Assembly (NCBI GenBank): GCA_037917625.1
Contig: JAVCBY010000045.1
Coordinates: 1 to 57,895 of the forward strand
Reading direction: 5' to 3'
Source of the DNA: Thermoproteota archaeon
Lineage (GTDB): Archaea > Korarchaeota > Korarchaeia > Korarchaeales > Korarchaeaceae
Length of the DNA stretch: 57,895 bases
The notes under the pieces are model-generated. The model saw only the letters and a list, made by a program, of their open reading frames with translations. It did no database searches and had not been told where the DNA came from. Below, piece by piece: positions 19,650 to 28,926 of the stretch; position 1 is the stretch's first letter, and the number at the start of each line of letters is the position of its first letter. Made by a program: the position numbers and the translations under genes.

Positions 19650-20156
19650 TTACTCTATCTTTATCTTAGTCCCCTCCTCCTTTATGGGTTGTTTGGGCGT
19701 CAGCGTAATCTCTAGGATCCCGTTATTGTATCTAGCTTTTGCGCTCTTCGGATCCACTTCAACTGGAAGGTCTACTTGCGTCCTGTACTTCCTATCGTCA
19801 TTCTCCGCTCTTATCTTCACTAGCTTCTCACTGACCTCCACATCTATCTTATCCTTAGTGACGCCAGGTATCTCAGCTATTACCCTGACCTCATTAGCTT
19901 TGTTGTCAACTATTACGTCAACGAATGGCTCCCTGTACCCTGCTTCCTCGACCACAGGTGGTTTCACATTGCCGAACCTCCTCACGATCGGCTTACCGTC
20001 CGGCCCCACTGTTATGCTGAAGCCATAGACGTAAGGCCCTCTTACCTCAACCTCCCCTTCGAATGCCCTGAACATCCTGTCCATCATCCTCTCCAGCTCT
20101 TCGAAGTCCCTCTCCATATCTCTCAGGAACTTCCTCCAGTACCTGTCCCACCACAT
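19650..20156 (-). CDS. hsp20: Archaeal small heat-shock protein Hsp20
   Basis: GPYVYGFSITVGPDGKP, REPFVDV, AEIPGV, AKARYNNGILEI. Confidence 0.95.
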   Translation of the reverse strand: MWWDRYWRKFLRDMERDFEELERMMDRMFRAFEGEVEVRGPYVYGFSITVGPDGKPIVRRFGNVKPPVVEEAGYREPFVDVIVDNKANEVRVIAEIPGVTKDKIDVEVSEKLVKIRAENDDRKYRTQVDLPVEVDPKSAKARYNNGILEITLTPKQPIKEEGTKIKIE

Positions 20157-20167
20157 GATCTCACCAA

Positions 20168-20195
20168 TTATCCTAATGGATAACTCATATATAAA
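20168..20195 (-). promoter_or_regulatory. hsp20 promoter: TATA box followed by a palindromic operator
   Basis: Minus strand TTTATATA (20195-20188), then TTATCC-N4-GGATAA (20168-20183), then GGTGA SD and ATG. Confidence 0.65.
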
Positions 20196-20196
20196 C

Positions 20197-20718
20197 TTAA
20201 CTTAACCTACCCACGAATTTCTTGAGGGACCTGAGCACCTCATACCTCAACCAGATGAGTTGCGACTCAATTTCTTCAATCTCATCGAGAGTTTCTTCTA
20301 TTTCTTTAATAATTTCTGTTGATTTATACATCATTTTTCCTAAAGAATCCACATCATCTAATTCGCTCACCATATCCCTAAGTCGCTTAAGCCTCCCCTC
20401 TATATCAGCCGGAGTCCCCTCAATTGGTCTGGCTTCCCTCACGTAAATCCTGACGGAATCTCCATCTAAGCTTAATATCACTCTGATCGGTCTCGCAATT
20501 CTATAGCATCTCCTGATCCTGCCGTACTGATCCCTCACCTTTGATGCCTCTATTATGCCCGAGGACTCCAGCTCCCTTATATGTTTAAGAGCAGCTGGTT
20601 GAGATATTCCAAGTCTCTCAGCTATCTCACTCAATGTTAACGGTTCTATAGCTAGCAGCTTGACTATCTTCCTCCTAGTCTCAGTTGCTAAAGCTTCTAT
20701 TATATCCTCAGCTCTCAT
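20197..20718 (-). CDS. ArsR-type wHTH heat-shock regulator (Phr/HSR1-like) with coiled-coil C-terminus
   Basis: ALATETRRKIVKLL...LGISQPAALKHIRELESSGII...RRCY; located directly upstream of hsp20-cdc48. Confidence 0.85.
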   Translation of the reverse strand: MRAEDIIEALATETRRKIVKLLAIEPLTLSEIAERLGISQPAALKHIRELESSGIIEASKVRDQYGRIRRCYRIARPIRVILSLDGDSVRIYVREARPIEGTPADIEGRLKRLRDMVSELDDVDSLGKMMYKSTEIIKEIEETLDEIEEIESQLIWLRYEVLRSLKKFVGRLS

Positions 20719-20755
20719 TTACCATCCAATTAAATTGACTTTTATATATATTTAA
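20719..20755 (-). promoter_or_regulatory. Promoter of the probably leaderless heat-shock regulator
   Basis: Minus strand TTAAATATATATAAAA about 25-35 nt before the ATG, then TTTA-N6-TGGTAA-ATG. Confidence 0.5.
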
Positions 20756-20826
20756 GCTTTCCCTTAAACAGAATTTCAACGTTCAGCAACGCTTTACTTA
20801 GCTACCCTCTGAAAAGGTAGATCGCT

Positions 20827-21306
20827 ATGCCTAGAGAGGTGAGTAAGTTCGTTGCTATAGTCGGTGTCATGGCTACCTTAACTGCTCTAACCACTATGGT
20901 AATACAGATACCCATACCACCCACTAGAGGGTACATAAACTTAGGGGATACTCTAGTGATGCTCTCAGGCTCCCTATTCGGCTCGATCATCGGCTCAATT
21001 TCTGGGGGCGTAGGCTCCGCTTTAGCTGACCTCCTCTCCGGCTATGGCCATTGGGCGCCTTTCACTTTGGTGATAAAGGGGATAGAGGGTTACATAGCTG
21101 GTCTCTCCAAAGATAAGAGGGGATTTCTCAGGATAACCTTGCTGATATTAGCGGGGATTGAGATGATAGCGGGTTACTTCATCGTCGAGACTATTATCTA
21201 TGGATTGGGAGCGGCTCTAGCGGAACTCCCGGGGAATAGCTTCCAAGCGGCAGCTGGCATACTCTTCTCTTATATCTTGACCCCGGTATTAAAGAAGGTG
21301 CTCTGA
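20827..21306 (+). CDS. ECF transporter S component
   Basis: IPIPPTRGYINLGD, GGVGSALADLLSGY, WAPFTLVIKG; hydrophobic. Confidence 0.9.
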   Translation: MPREVSKFVAIVGVMATLTALTTMVIQIPIPPTRGYINLGDTLVMLSGSLFGSIIGSISGGVGSALADLLSGYGHWAPFTLVIKGIEGYIAGLSKDKRGFLRITLLILAGIEMIAGYFIVETIIYGLGAALAELPGNSFQAAAGILFSYILTPVLKKVL

Positions 21307-21309
21307 AGG

Positions 21310-22311
21310 ATGAAGTTGAGGGGAAAGCTACCGCCTGACTTCCTAGTCGAGGAGATTTTCTCGAGGCTCCCACTCCCATCTGAGGAGGATGTGATCCTCG
21401 GACCTTCGATAGGGGAGGATGCTGCCATACTCAAGGTGGGAGATGAGTTACTAGCTATACACTCAGATCCAGTGACTGGTGGAGGGAAGCTAGCTGGATG
21501 GCTCTCAGTCTTCGTTGCATCAAACGATATAGCTACTAGAGGCGTGAGGCCGCGCTGGCTCCTCCCAGTCTTCCTCTTCAGGGATGGAGCGGATGTGCCT
21601 GAGATATTGAGCTTAGTGGAGCAAGTGGGGAATGCCGCGAGGAAAGTTGGGGCCTCAATCATAGGTGGGCATACTGAAGTCACCCCTAACCTCAGCTTCA
21701 ACATAGTGGTCACTACAGCGATCGGATTGGGCAGGAAAGTTCTGAATACGAGGGACGCTAAGCTAGGTGATCTCATAGTCCTAACGAAGGAATGCGCATT
21801 AGAGGGGACAGCTATACTCTCAACGGAACTCTCCAATGAACTAAGAAGTAAGGGGATCGATGAAGAATTGCTTAAGAGAGCGGGAAGCTTCATAGAGGAT
21901 ATAAGTGTCCTAAAGGAATCCATTATTGCCTCTAAATTTGAAGGAGTTCACTCTATGCACGATCCAACTGAGGGAGGAGTTTTAGGGGGCGTGCAGGAGC
22001 TAGCTATAGCATCTGGCCTGGGGTTCAGGATCTACGAGGATAAGATACCGCTAAGAGAGGAGACTATAGCGATATGCGATGCCCTGAAGGTAGATCCTCT
22101 GAAGCTAATAAGTTCTGGGAGCTTGCTGATAGCTGTATCTAGGGAGAGCGTCGATGAGCTCATCTCAGCTCTGGAGAGGGAAGGTGTGAGAGCAAGCGTA
22201 ATAGGTGAGCTCACGGATAGGGAGAGCGGCATGATATTACTCAGAAGGGACGGGAGCTCTGAGAGGATATCGGAGCCCTTGATGGATGAGTTATGGAGAT
22301 TGTTCGGTTAG
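21310..22311 (+). CDS. AIR synthase-related (PurM/HypE/ThiL-fold) protein
   Basis: GEDAA, HSDP, NDIA, IGGHTE, MHDPTEGG, LISSGSLL. Confidence 0.88.
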   Translation: MKLRGKLPPDFLVEEIFSRLPLPSEEDVILGPSIGEDAAILKVGDELLAIHSDPVTGGGKLAGWLSVFVASNDIATRGVRPRWLLPVFLFRDGADVPEILSLVEQVGNAARKVGASIIGGHTEVTPNLSFNIVVTTAIGLGRKVLNTRDAKLGDLIVLTKECALEGTAILSTELSNELRSKGIDEELLKRAGSFIEDISVLKESIIASKFEGVHSMHDPTEGGVLGGVQELAIASGLGFRIYEDKIPLREETIAICDALKVDPLKLISSGSLLIAVSRESVDELISALEREGVRASVIGELTDRESGMILLRRDGSSERISEPLMDELWRLFG

Positions 22312-22372
22312 CAATCCCTACAATCCCTCAGTATAAAAATGTTTAAAAAATATACTTCTCAAGGGGCCTAGG

Positions 22373-23137
22373 GTGGCCTTGGAGATAGTCGTCTGCGTGA
22401 AGCTCGCGTATGACGAGACTCAGATACCCATAGAGGGGGATAAGTTATTGCTGGAAAAGGCCCCCGTTAAAGTGAGTGATATAGATAAGAACGCGATAGA
22501 GGAAGCTGTTAGGATAAAGGAGAAGTTCGGGGGTAGCGTGACTGTCATAAGCGTAGTGACTGGGCCTTACGATGAGACCATACTGAACGAAGCTCTAGCT
22601 ATGGGAGCTGATAGGGCCTTCATCGTCGAGGGGATCAGCGGCACGAATCCAGTTAGGACTGCTAAAGCTATAGCTGAAGTCATAAGGAAGATGGGGATCA
22701 AATATGACCTAATATTATGCGGTGAGGGATCTTCAGATCAATATAGTTGTGCAGTAGCTCCTATGTTAGCCGAGTACCTCTCAATTCCAGTGATAACATT
22801 CGTTGGAAAGCTGGAGATAGAAGGCAACGTTATAAGGGGGGAGAGGTTACTGGAGACGGGCTATGAGCTCGTCGAGACTGAGCTCCCAGCTGTAGTTTCC
22901 GTCACCTCGGAGATAAATGAGCCCAGGATACCCAGCGTCATTCAGATAATGAAGGCCGGGAAGAAGGAGAAGATATCAGTGAAACCGAGTGATCTTAACT
23001 TAGAGGCTCCTAAGGTCGATTTAGTTGAGGTAAAAGCTTATTTGAGGGAGAGGTTGAGGAAGAAGATTGAAGGAGGCCTTGAGCCAGCTTTGAGGGAAGT
23101 TATCTCAGTCCTAAGTGAGAAGGGGGTGATCTCATGA
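22373..23137 (+). CDS. etfB: Electron transfer flavoprotein beta subunit
   Basis: IVVCVK, DKNAIEEA, ALAMGAD, ILCGEGSSD, INEPRIP. Confidence 0.93.
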   Translation: MALEIVVCVKLAYDETQIPIEGDKLLLEKAPVKVSDIDKNAIEEAVRIKEKFGGSVTVISVVTGPYDETILNEALAMGADRAFIVEGISGTNPVRTAKAIAEVIRKMGIKYDLILCGEGSSDQYSCAVAPMLAEYLSIPVITFVGKLEIEGNVIRGERLLETGYELVETELPAVVSVTSEINEPRIPSVIQIMKAGKKEKISVKPSDLNLEAPKVDLVEVKAYLRERLRKKIEGGLEPALREVISVLSEKGVIS

Positions 23138-24006
23138 AGGTCCTCCTCATCTCGGAAGCTTCCAATCTCCCAAAGCTCTTCTCCGCTATTTCTGGGTTGA
23201 ATCCCAGTTATGTTGAAGCCATAACTAATGGAGAAGCTAAAGTAGGGGTCGATAAATTATTGGTAGCTGATTTGAATGTTAACGAATGCTGGGTGAACTT
23301 AGCAGTTGAGAGGGCTGAGGGATTCGATCTGATAGCCCTTCCCTCCAGCAGGGACATGAGAGAAGTTGCATCCAGGCTTTCCGTTAGGATAGGGATTCCA
23401 TATATAGCTGGAGCTGTTCAGTTAAGCTTGAAGGATGGGCTCTTAGCCACTAAGCTTTGCTTCGGTGGGAGGGGATTGGAAGTTCTCTCCTCTCAGCTTC
23501 CTTCCGTAGTGAGCGTTGACCTCAGCGGTTTCGAGCCATCTTTCGGTGAGCCTAAGGGGAGGGAATCCGTTCCTCATGAGTGCAAGGGAAGGGTCAGAGT
23601 ATTGGAGAGGAGGGAGAAGCTAGCGGAAGTGGACCTCTCTAAAGCCGATGTGATAGTCTCAGTTGGGAGAGGGTTGAAGAAGAAGGAGGATTTAGAGATG
23701 ATAAAGAAACTCGCTGATCTACTTAAAGCTGAGGTAGCTTGCACTAGACCAATATCCGCTGACCTGAAGTGGTTGCCTGAGGAGAGGCATGTCGGGATGA
23801 CTGGAGTTAGAGTGAGGCCGAAGCTTTATCTAGCTCTCGGCATATCCGGGCAAGTTCAACATGTCGTCGGTTTCAGGGATGCTGATACAGTCATATCCGT
23901 GAACATAGATCCTGAGGCACCAATAAGTGAGGTGAGCGACTACTTCATAGTGGCTGATCTCTATGAGTTCGTGCCTAAATTAATTGAGGCTCTCGAGAAA
24001 AAGTAA
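23134..24006 (+). CDS. etfA: Electron transfer flavoprotein alpha subunit
   Basis: VSVGRG, ACTRP, VGMTG, PKLYLALGISGQVQHVVG, NIDPEAPI. Confidence 0.93.
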   Translation: MKVLLISEASNLPKLFSAISGLNPSYVEAITNGEAKVGVDKLLVADLNVNECWVNLAVERAEGFDLIALPSSRDMREVASRLSVRIGIPYIAGAVQLSLKDGLLATKLCFGGRGLEVLSSQLPSVVSVDLSGFEPSFGEPKGRESVPHECKGRVRVLERREKLAEVDLSKADVIVSVGRGLKKKEDLEMIKKLADLLKAEVACTRPISADLKWLPEERHVGMTGVRVRPKLYLALGISGQVQHVVGFRDADTVISVNIDPEAPISEVSDYFIVADLYEFVPKLIEALEKK

Positions 24007-25209
24007 TTAATCTACTATCTTCCCTCCCAATATTTTTACTGCGTCCATTATTCCCCTTTTCTTCCCTATCAAGATTAGCTGATCCCCTTCCATGAGCAAC
24101 TCGCTATCCTTGGGGTCGAATATCCACCTCAAGCCCCTCTTTATCGCTATTATCCAGATCCCGGTGCGTTCCTCGAGATCCATATCAGCTATCCTCCTCC
24201 CGGCGGCTTCACTCCCCTCCTCTAGGATCATCCTGCAGATAGTGTCCTCGCTCTCCTCCACTACCATCTCCAGCACAGGATGAGCTGTTATCCCCCTCTC
24301 CACGAGGGAGGCTATCGAATAAGCTGCATCCCCCACTCTCTCAGATGAAGATGCTATTCCTATCAAGGGGATGAGCTCCTTCGGATCCCTTAGAGACTTT
24401 ATCGATGAGAATAAGACCTCATAGAACTCATCCTCTAGTTCATCGAGCTCCTCCTCCAGCCTCTTCACCTCCACAGCGATCTCCATATTGTTGTAGAACA
24501 TAGCAGCATAAGATAAGTAGAGGGAGAGCTCAGATAGGTTCCTCATGCTGCTTAACATCTCCGATATCTTCTTGATCTCATCATTCATCTCCTCGAGAGG
24601 AGCCTTAGGCACGTACTCCCTCTTACCCCCTGATGCTAGAGCCCTAAGGTTCTCTAAGCTCTCAATGGGTCCCTCGACTAAAAGGATATCCCCTCTCTCT
24701 ATCTCCAACTCCTCCGGAATATTGTAAATCCACCTCCCTCCTCTCTTGAGAGCTAAGATTTCGCAACCAGCTAAGTTAACTGGATCTCTCACCATCTCCC
24801 CACTCATGGAGATCAGGGAGGATTCTTCCTCTACCCTCACTAAACCTATGGCCTCATCCGCTCTGTAGAGCATCCAGCTTATCGAGGGGTGTATCGGGAA
24901 CCTCTTCACGACGAATCTCGCTAAATCAGCCATGGCATCGGATACCTCATCGACAGCCCTCCCTATATCGAGAAGGCCAGCTAATGCCTCAGCTTCCCTC
25001 CTTGAGGCCCCTGACATTATAGCAACCTTAAAGAGTTCATGAGTTAGGGAATCGAGCTCATCTTCGAGGCTGAATACTTCATTCGCTAGTTCCTCATCGT
25101 TGTACATGAGAGATGCATATGCAAGACTCAAAGCGAACTCAGATGTCTCCTTCATCTCGAGGAGTATCTCCTTCACGCTCCTTATCTCGGACTCCATTCT
25201 CCAATCCAT
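24007..25209 (-). CDS. Tandem (PhoU + TrkA-C/RCK_C)x2 protein
   Basis: Two homologous halves: EMKETSEFALSLAYAS versus SMRNLSELSLYLSYAA, and ILALKRGGRW versus IIAIKRGLRW. Confidence 0.85.
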   Translation of the reverse strand: MDWRMESEIRSVKEILLEMKETSEFALSLAYASLMYNDEELANEVFSLEDELDSLTHELFKVAIMSGASRREAEALAGLLDIGRAVDEVSDAMADLARFVVKRFPIHPSISWMLYRADEAIGLVRVEEESSLISMSGEMVRDPVNLAGCEILALKRGGRWIYNIPEELEIERGDILLVEGPIESLENLRALASGGKREYVPKAPLEEMNDEIKKISEMLSSMRNLSELSLYLSYAAMFYNNMEIAVEVKRLEEELDELEDEFYEVLFSSIKSLRDPKELIPLIGIASSSERVGDAAYSIASLVERGITAHPVLEMVVEESEDTICRMILEEGSEAAGRRIADMDLEERTGIWIIAIKRGLRWIFDPKDSELLMEGDQLILIGKKRGIMDAVKILGGKIVD

Positions 25210-25230
25210 AGTCCACGATAATTATATATG

Positions 25231-26610
25231 TTACCCCAAGATCGAGGGGAAGGATTTCAGGAACTCCACATCATTCGAACCTAAGTACTCCCCTGTAGCT
25301 ATCTCTATTACCTCCAGCGGGATTTTACCAACGTTTATTATGCTATGGGGAAGCCCGAGAGGTATCCTTATCCCCTCCCCTCTCGCTATAATTGATTCTT
25401 CCCCATTCAAGATGACCTTAGCAGTCCCACTCAGGATCTGCCAGTAGATAGATCTATGGAAATGCCTCTTAGGGCCTAGAGATCTACCTGGGTATATCTT
25501 CAGTTTACTCACCTCATAATTTTCGCCAGTCAGAAGTATTGTCTTCGTCCCCCACTCCTCATACTTAACCCTATGCTCTATTACCTCAGGGAGCTCCTCT
25601 TTGAGCATGCTCTCGACTAACTCCTTGAGGTCTTGGCCGCTCCCCTTCGGCATCACTAATATAGCGTCCTCATCATCTATCACTATCATATCACTCACGT
25701 TAACGAGTGCTACGAGCCTCTTCGAAAGTATCAAGTTGTTCCTGGCTCCATGATATCTGACCTTCCCGCTCCTAGCATTTCCCTCACTGTCCTTCTGGAG
25801 GAGCTCATACACGGACTCGAAGCTACCTAGATCGCTCCAACCGAGATCCCTCGCTACGACAACTGCTAAGCTTTCTGGGACCTTAGATAGAGTTCCTGAG
25901 CTGACATCTATCTCCTGAACGTATTTATAGGCTTCATTCAACTCGAACTTCCTCAGAGGATCTGCTACACTCGGCAACGTCTTCTCTATTAAATCCATCA
26001 TCTTAGAAGCTCTTAATGTCATTATCATCGTATTCCATACCCAATTTCCCTCCTTCAGCATATTGATCGCATCATCCTGCCCTGGTTTCTCCTTGAAAAT
26101 CTCAACTTCCATTACGCCGTCCATTATCTCCTTCCCCGGTTTTATGTAACCCAGACCTCCCTCGGGCTTAGATGGGGGGACCCCTATTAGGGCTACCCTA
26201 TCATTCGCGACATCCAGTGACTTCATGTATGCCTTAAGGAGCTCGGAATCATTCATTATGACGTGATCTGATGGAAGGATGACGACTATTGACTCCGGTC
26301 CGAACCTCTCACTTATCCTCAGAAGGCTGTAGTAAATAGCTGGGGCGGTGTTCCTCCTCTCGGGCTCGAGTATCAGGTCGTCCTCATCTAAGTTCACATC
26401 TATCTCCTTAGCTTGCCCCACCGCTAAGTATTTGTAGAGATTAGACGTGACTACGACTATTTTATCCGCCATTAGTTTAGCTCTCCTCAGGGATTGTTGA
26501 TATGTCGAGGTCTCACTTATTATCTTAGCGAATTGCTTCGGGAAGTCCTTCCTACTGAGTGGCCATAGTCTCGTCCCGAATCCGCCAGCTAGTATGAGGG
26601 CTACTTTCAT
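25231..26610 (-). CDS. manC: Mannose-1-phosphate guanylyltransferase / mannose-6-phosphate isomerase (cupin)
   Basis: ILAGGFGTRLWPLSR..PKQF, EPERRNTAPAI, PSDH, FKEKP, WSDLGS, C-terminal HFHRS cupin. Confidence 0.93.
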   Translation of the reverse strand: MKVALILAGGFGTRLWPLSRKDFPKQFAKIISETSTYQQSLRRAKLMADKIVVVTSNLYKYLAVGQAKEIDVNLDEDDLILEPERRNTAPAIYYSLLRISERFGPESIVVILPSDHVIMNDSELLKAYMKSLDVANDRVALIGVPPSKPEGGLGYIKPGKEIMDGVMEVEIFKEKPGQDDAINMLKEGNWVWNTMIMTLRASKMMDLIEKTLPSVADPLRKFELNEAYKYVQEIDVSSGTLSKVPESLAVVVARDLGWSDLGSFESVYELLQKDSEGNARSGKVRYHGARNNLILSKRLVALVNVSDMIVIDDEDAILVMPKGSGQDLKELVESMLKEELPEVIEHRVKYEEWGTKTILLTGENYEVSKLKIYPGRSLGPKRHFHRSIYWQILSGTAKVILNGEESIIARGEGIRIPLGLPHSIINVGKIPLEVIEIATGEYLGSNDVEFLKSFPSILG

Positions 26611-26792
26611 CAGATCCCCTTCCTCTCGGGGACCGCTTAATTAATATTGTATTCGGTCTAATAGGTAAAAAAATAACAATAGCTCGAAGTTCTCATCAAT
26701 TTTATTTAGAAAATGAGTCACCCCGATGCCTGAAGTCGCGAGTATGCACACCGCAAGTAAAATTAAAAGTATTCACGGAAATTTAGAGGAGG

Positions 26793-27680
26793 ATGAGGTT
26801 GATAAGTTTCTGGGGGAAAGGGGGAGTCGGGAAGACGACATGCTCTGCAGCTCTAGCTGTTGGCTTATCCGAACTGAAGAATGAGAAAGTACTCTTATTG
26901 ACCACGGATCTCACCCCGACATTATCTGATGTGCTCAAGGCTGAGCTAAAGAGCTCCCCTACTAAAGTAGATGGATATTCTAATCTCTACGCGATGGAGT
27001 TAGATGAAGCCACTGTCATAAGGAGATGGAAGGCTAGATTCGGCTCTGAAGTATATGACGTCATATCTTCCTTCCTCCCCGTCGATGAGAGTTTCATAGA
27101 TTATGTTGCTGGGGCCCCAGGGATAGCTGAGCAGTTCATCTTATATTTGCTCTACGAGCTGTTCGAGGATGGAAGTTACGATACTATAATTTGGGACACT
27201 CCAGCCTCTAGCAGTAGTCTGAGGCTCCTAAGGATAGAGAAGGAGTTATATGAGCACATGGGAGACGCGATAAGGCTATATTTGAGATTGAAGGGATTTC
27301 TTGAGAGGATGAGGAGTAGGGAGTGCGATCCACTTAAGTTAATAGGAGGATGGAGGAAATTAGCTGAGGATATATTCGATATGCTGGCTAGCGAGTATCA
27401 TGAAGCTTATATAGTCTCTACACCTGAGATCATATCATATGAGATATCCAGGAAGATCAAGGAGGAGCTCAGCAGCTTCAACATAAGGGTGAGGGGTCTC
27501 ATCATCAATAAATACATCTCAAGTCCATGTGAAAACCTTGAGAAGATCAAGAGGAATCAAGATAGTGTAATTGAACTCTTCAAGAAGGATTTCAACTCCC
27601 TGAGAGTAATAGAGTATTTGGATAGAGAGATAATCGGAAGGGAGGCTCTCCTATCCTTCTATCGATCTCTTATGATCTAG
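26793..27680 (+). CDS. ArsA/GET3-family ATPase (single domain)
   Basis: GKGGVGKTT, NLYAMELD, APG, WDTP...LRLL, IINK. Confidence 0.88.
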   Translation: MRLISFWGKGGVGKTTCSAALAVGLSELKNEKVLLLTTDLTPTLSDVLKAELKSSPTKVDGYSNLYAMELDEATVIRRWKARFGSEVYDVISSFLPVDESFIDYVAGAPGIAEQFILYLLYELFEDGSYDTIIWDTPASSSSLRLLRIEKELYEHMGDAIRLYLRLKGFLERMRSRECDPLKLIGGWRKLAEDIFDMLASEYHEAYIVSTPEIISYEISRKIKEELSSFNIRVRGLIINKYISSPCENLEKIKRNQDSVIELFKKDFNSLRVIEYLDREIIGREALLSFYRSLMI

Positions 27681-27681
27681 C

Positions 27682-28071
27682 TCAGGGGGTCGGCGATCCT
27701 CCCATTGGATGATTCGGAAGATTAGGATAACGCTTGAATATCTCCATCTCATCCTTTATCGGGACACCGCTCCTCAATGCCTCCATAATCATGGGCTCCT
27801 TCCTCTCAAACATTTCAGAGAATTCCTCAGGGGTTAGGGGCATCACATCATAGCCCGGTGGGTGATCGATGCTCATCAACCTCTCCACCGGGTTCCTCTG
27901 GGGGAACTCTGCTATGAGTATCACATCCACATCGCTCCATACGTTGAAATCCCCTCTAGCGTATGAACCTATCAGGATCACAGTCGCTTTAAATGGCAAC
28001 CCCTCAGCCCATTTCCTAACGCTTTCTATCACATTCTTCCTAAATTCGATCCTCCTGTTAAGTACTTCCAT
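27682..28071 (-). CDS. Minimal nucleotidyltransferase (MNT) antitoxin-like protein
   Basis: ILIGSYARGDFNVWSDVDV; ATG at 28071 preceded by GGAGG. Confidence 0.9.
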   Translation of the reverse strand: MEVLNRRIEFRKNVIESVRKWAEGLPFKATVILIGSYARGDFNVWSDVDVILIAEFPQRNPVERLMSIDHPPGYDVMPLTPEEFSEMFERKEPMIMEALRSGVPIKDEMEIFKRYPNLPNHPMGGSPTP

Positions 28072-28484
28072 ACCTCCTCTACCCATTCTATGATCTCCTC
28101 AGCATATTTAACGGCTTTTATAGCATCCAATTTCGAGTAATATTCGTGGGGCGATCCCTCAGGCCAAGCGTTAGGGTATCTCGTGGGTACGTAGTACTTA
28201 TCGAGGGCGATCGCCCCTTGCATTATTCCCTCTGGCACCTCGATCCCGGGTATATTCGTTAATAACTTCGATACACTATGACCGTAAGCTGGTAAACCGA
28301 TACCGTGCAGCAATGCTCTAACTGATAACTCAGAAGCTTGCTGAGCTTTAAAACAAGCCCAGTTAAAATCTCCTCTCTCCAGATCTCCTTGAGCTGATTT
28401 TAAGGTATTTTTAGCGGCTCTCAACCACCTGAGGTACTCATTCTCATCTAATATATGGACCAGTTGAATATAATCCCGGCTCAT
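28029..28484 (-). CDS. HEPN domain protein (partner of the MNT)
   Basis: WACFKAQQASEL, GHSV, LDKYYVPTRYPNA. Confidence 0.9.
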   Translation of the reverse strand: MSRDYIQLVHILDENEYLRWLRAAKNTLKSAQGDLERGDFNWACFKAQQASELSVRALLHGIGLPAYGHSVSKLLTNIPGIEVPEGIMQGAIALDKYYVPTRYPNAWPEGSPHEYYSKLDAIKAVKYAEEIIEWVEEVWKYLTGGSNLGRM

Positions 28485-28780
28485 AATTAATTAGGCCTAA
28501 TATTCCTGTCCCTAAAGCCTTCTATCTGTGAAATTGACTTGCGATCCCATCGATAGTGAGTAAAATCCTCCCAGATGGGGCCTGCTCCCCGATCTAGAGG
28601 CTAAAGAGAGCTCCAGGGACCCGGAGCTATACGTACTAGCTATAGTAGGAGTGCTCTCTGTCGTCTTAGGTCTGGGATTAGTGGATTATTTGGTGCTCCT
28701 CCCCTCATATTAGTTCAGAGCGCCCTAACTAATATTATTTTTAGCATTTGGATATATTGAAAATTGTAGTTTTCTCTGAA

Positions 28781-28816
28781 TCTTTATATATTCTTACTCT
28801 CTTTATATATTCTTAC
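28781..28816 (+). repeat. Tandem duplication of a TATA-box-containing 17-mer
   Basis: tctttatatattcttac at 28781-28797 and 28800-28816. Confidence 0.85.
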
Positions 28817-28926
28817 CCTTTCCTACGATGAGAGATGATGATTGAGTAGAGCTCTCGACATCATCTCGCCACTCATCCCCACTAACTTCCTACGGCTCGG
28901 ATGAGCTATCACCTGATTATATTAAC

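Noticed and set aside
26793-27680. ArsA as part of an arsenic-resistance operon or a bona fide GET3 pathway
   Set aside because: No arsB/acr3/arsD neighbours, no CxxC, and the switch motifs are divergent; function cannot be assigned from sequence
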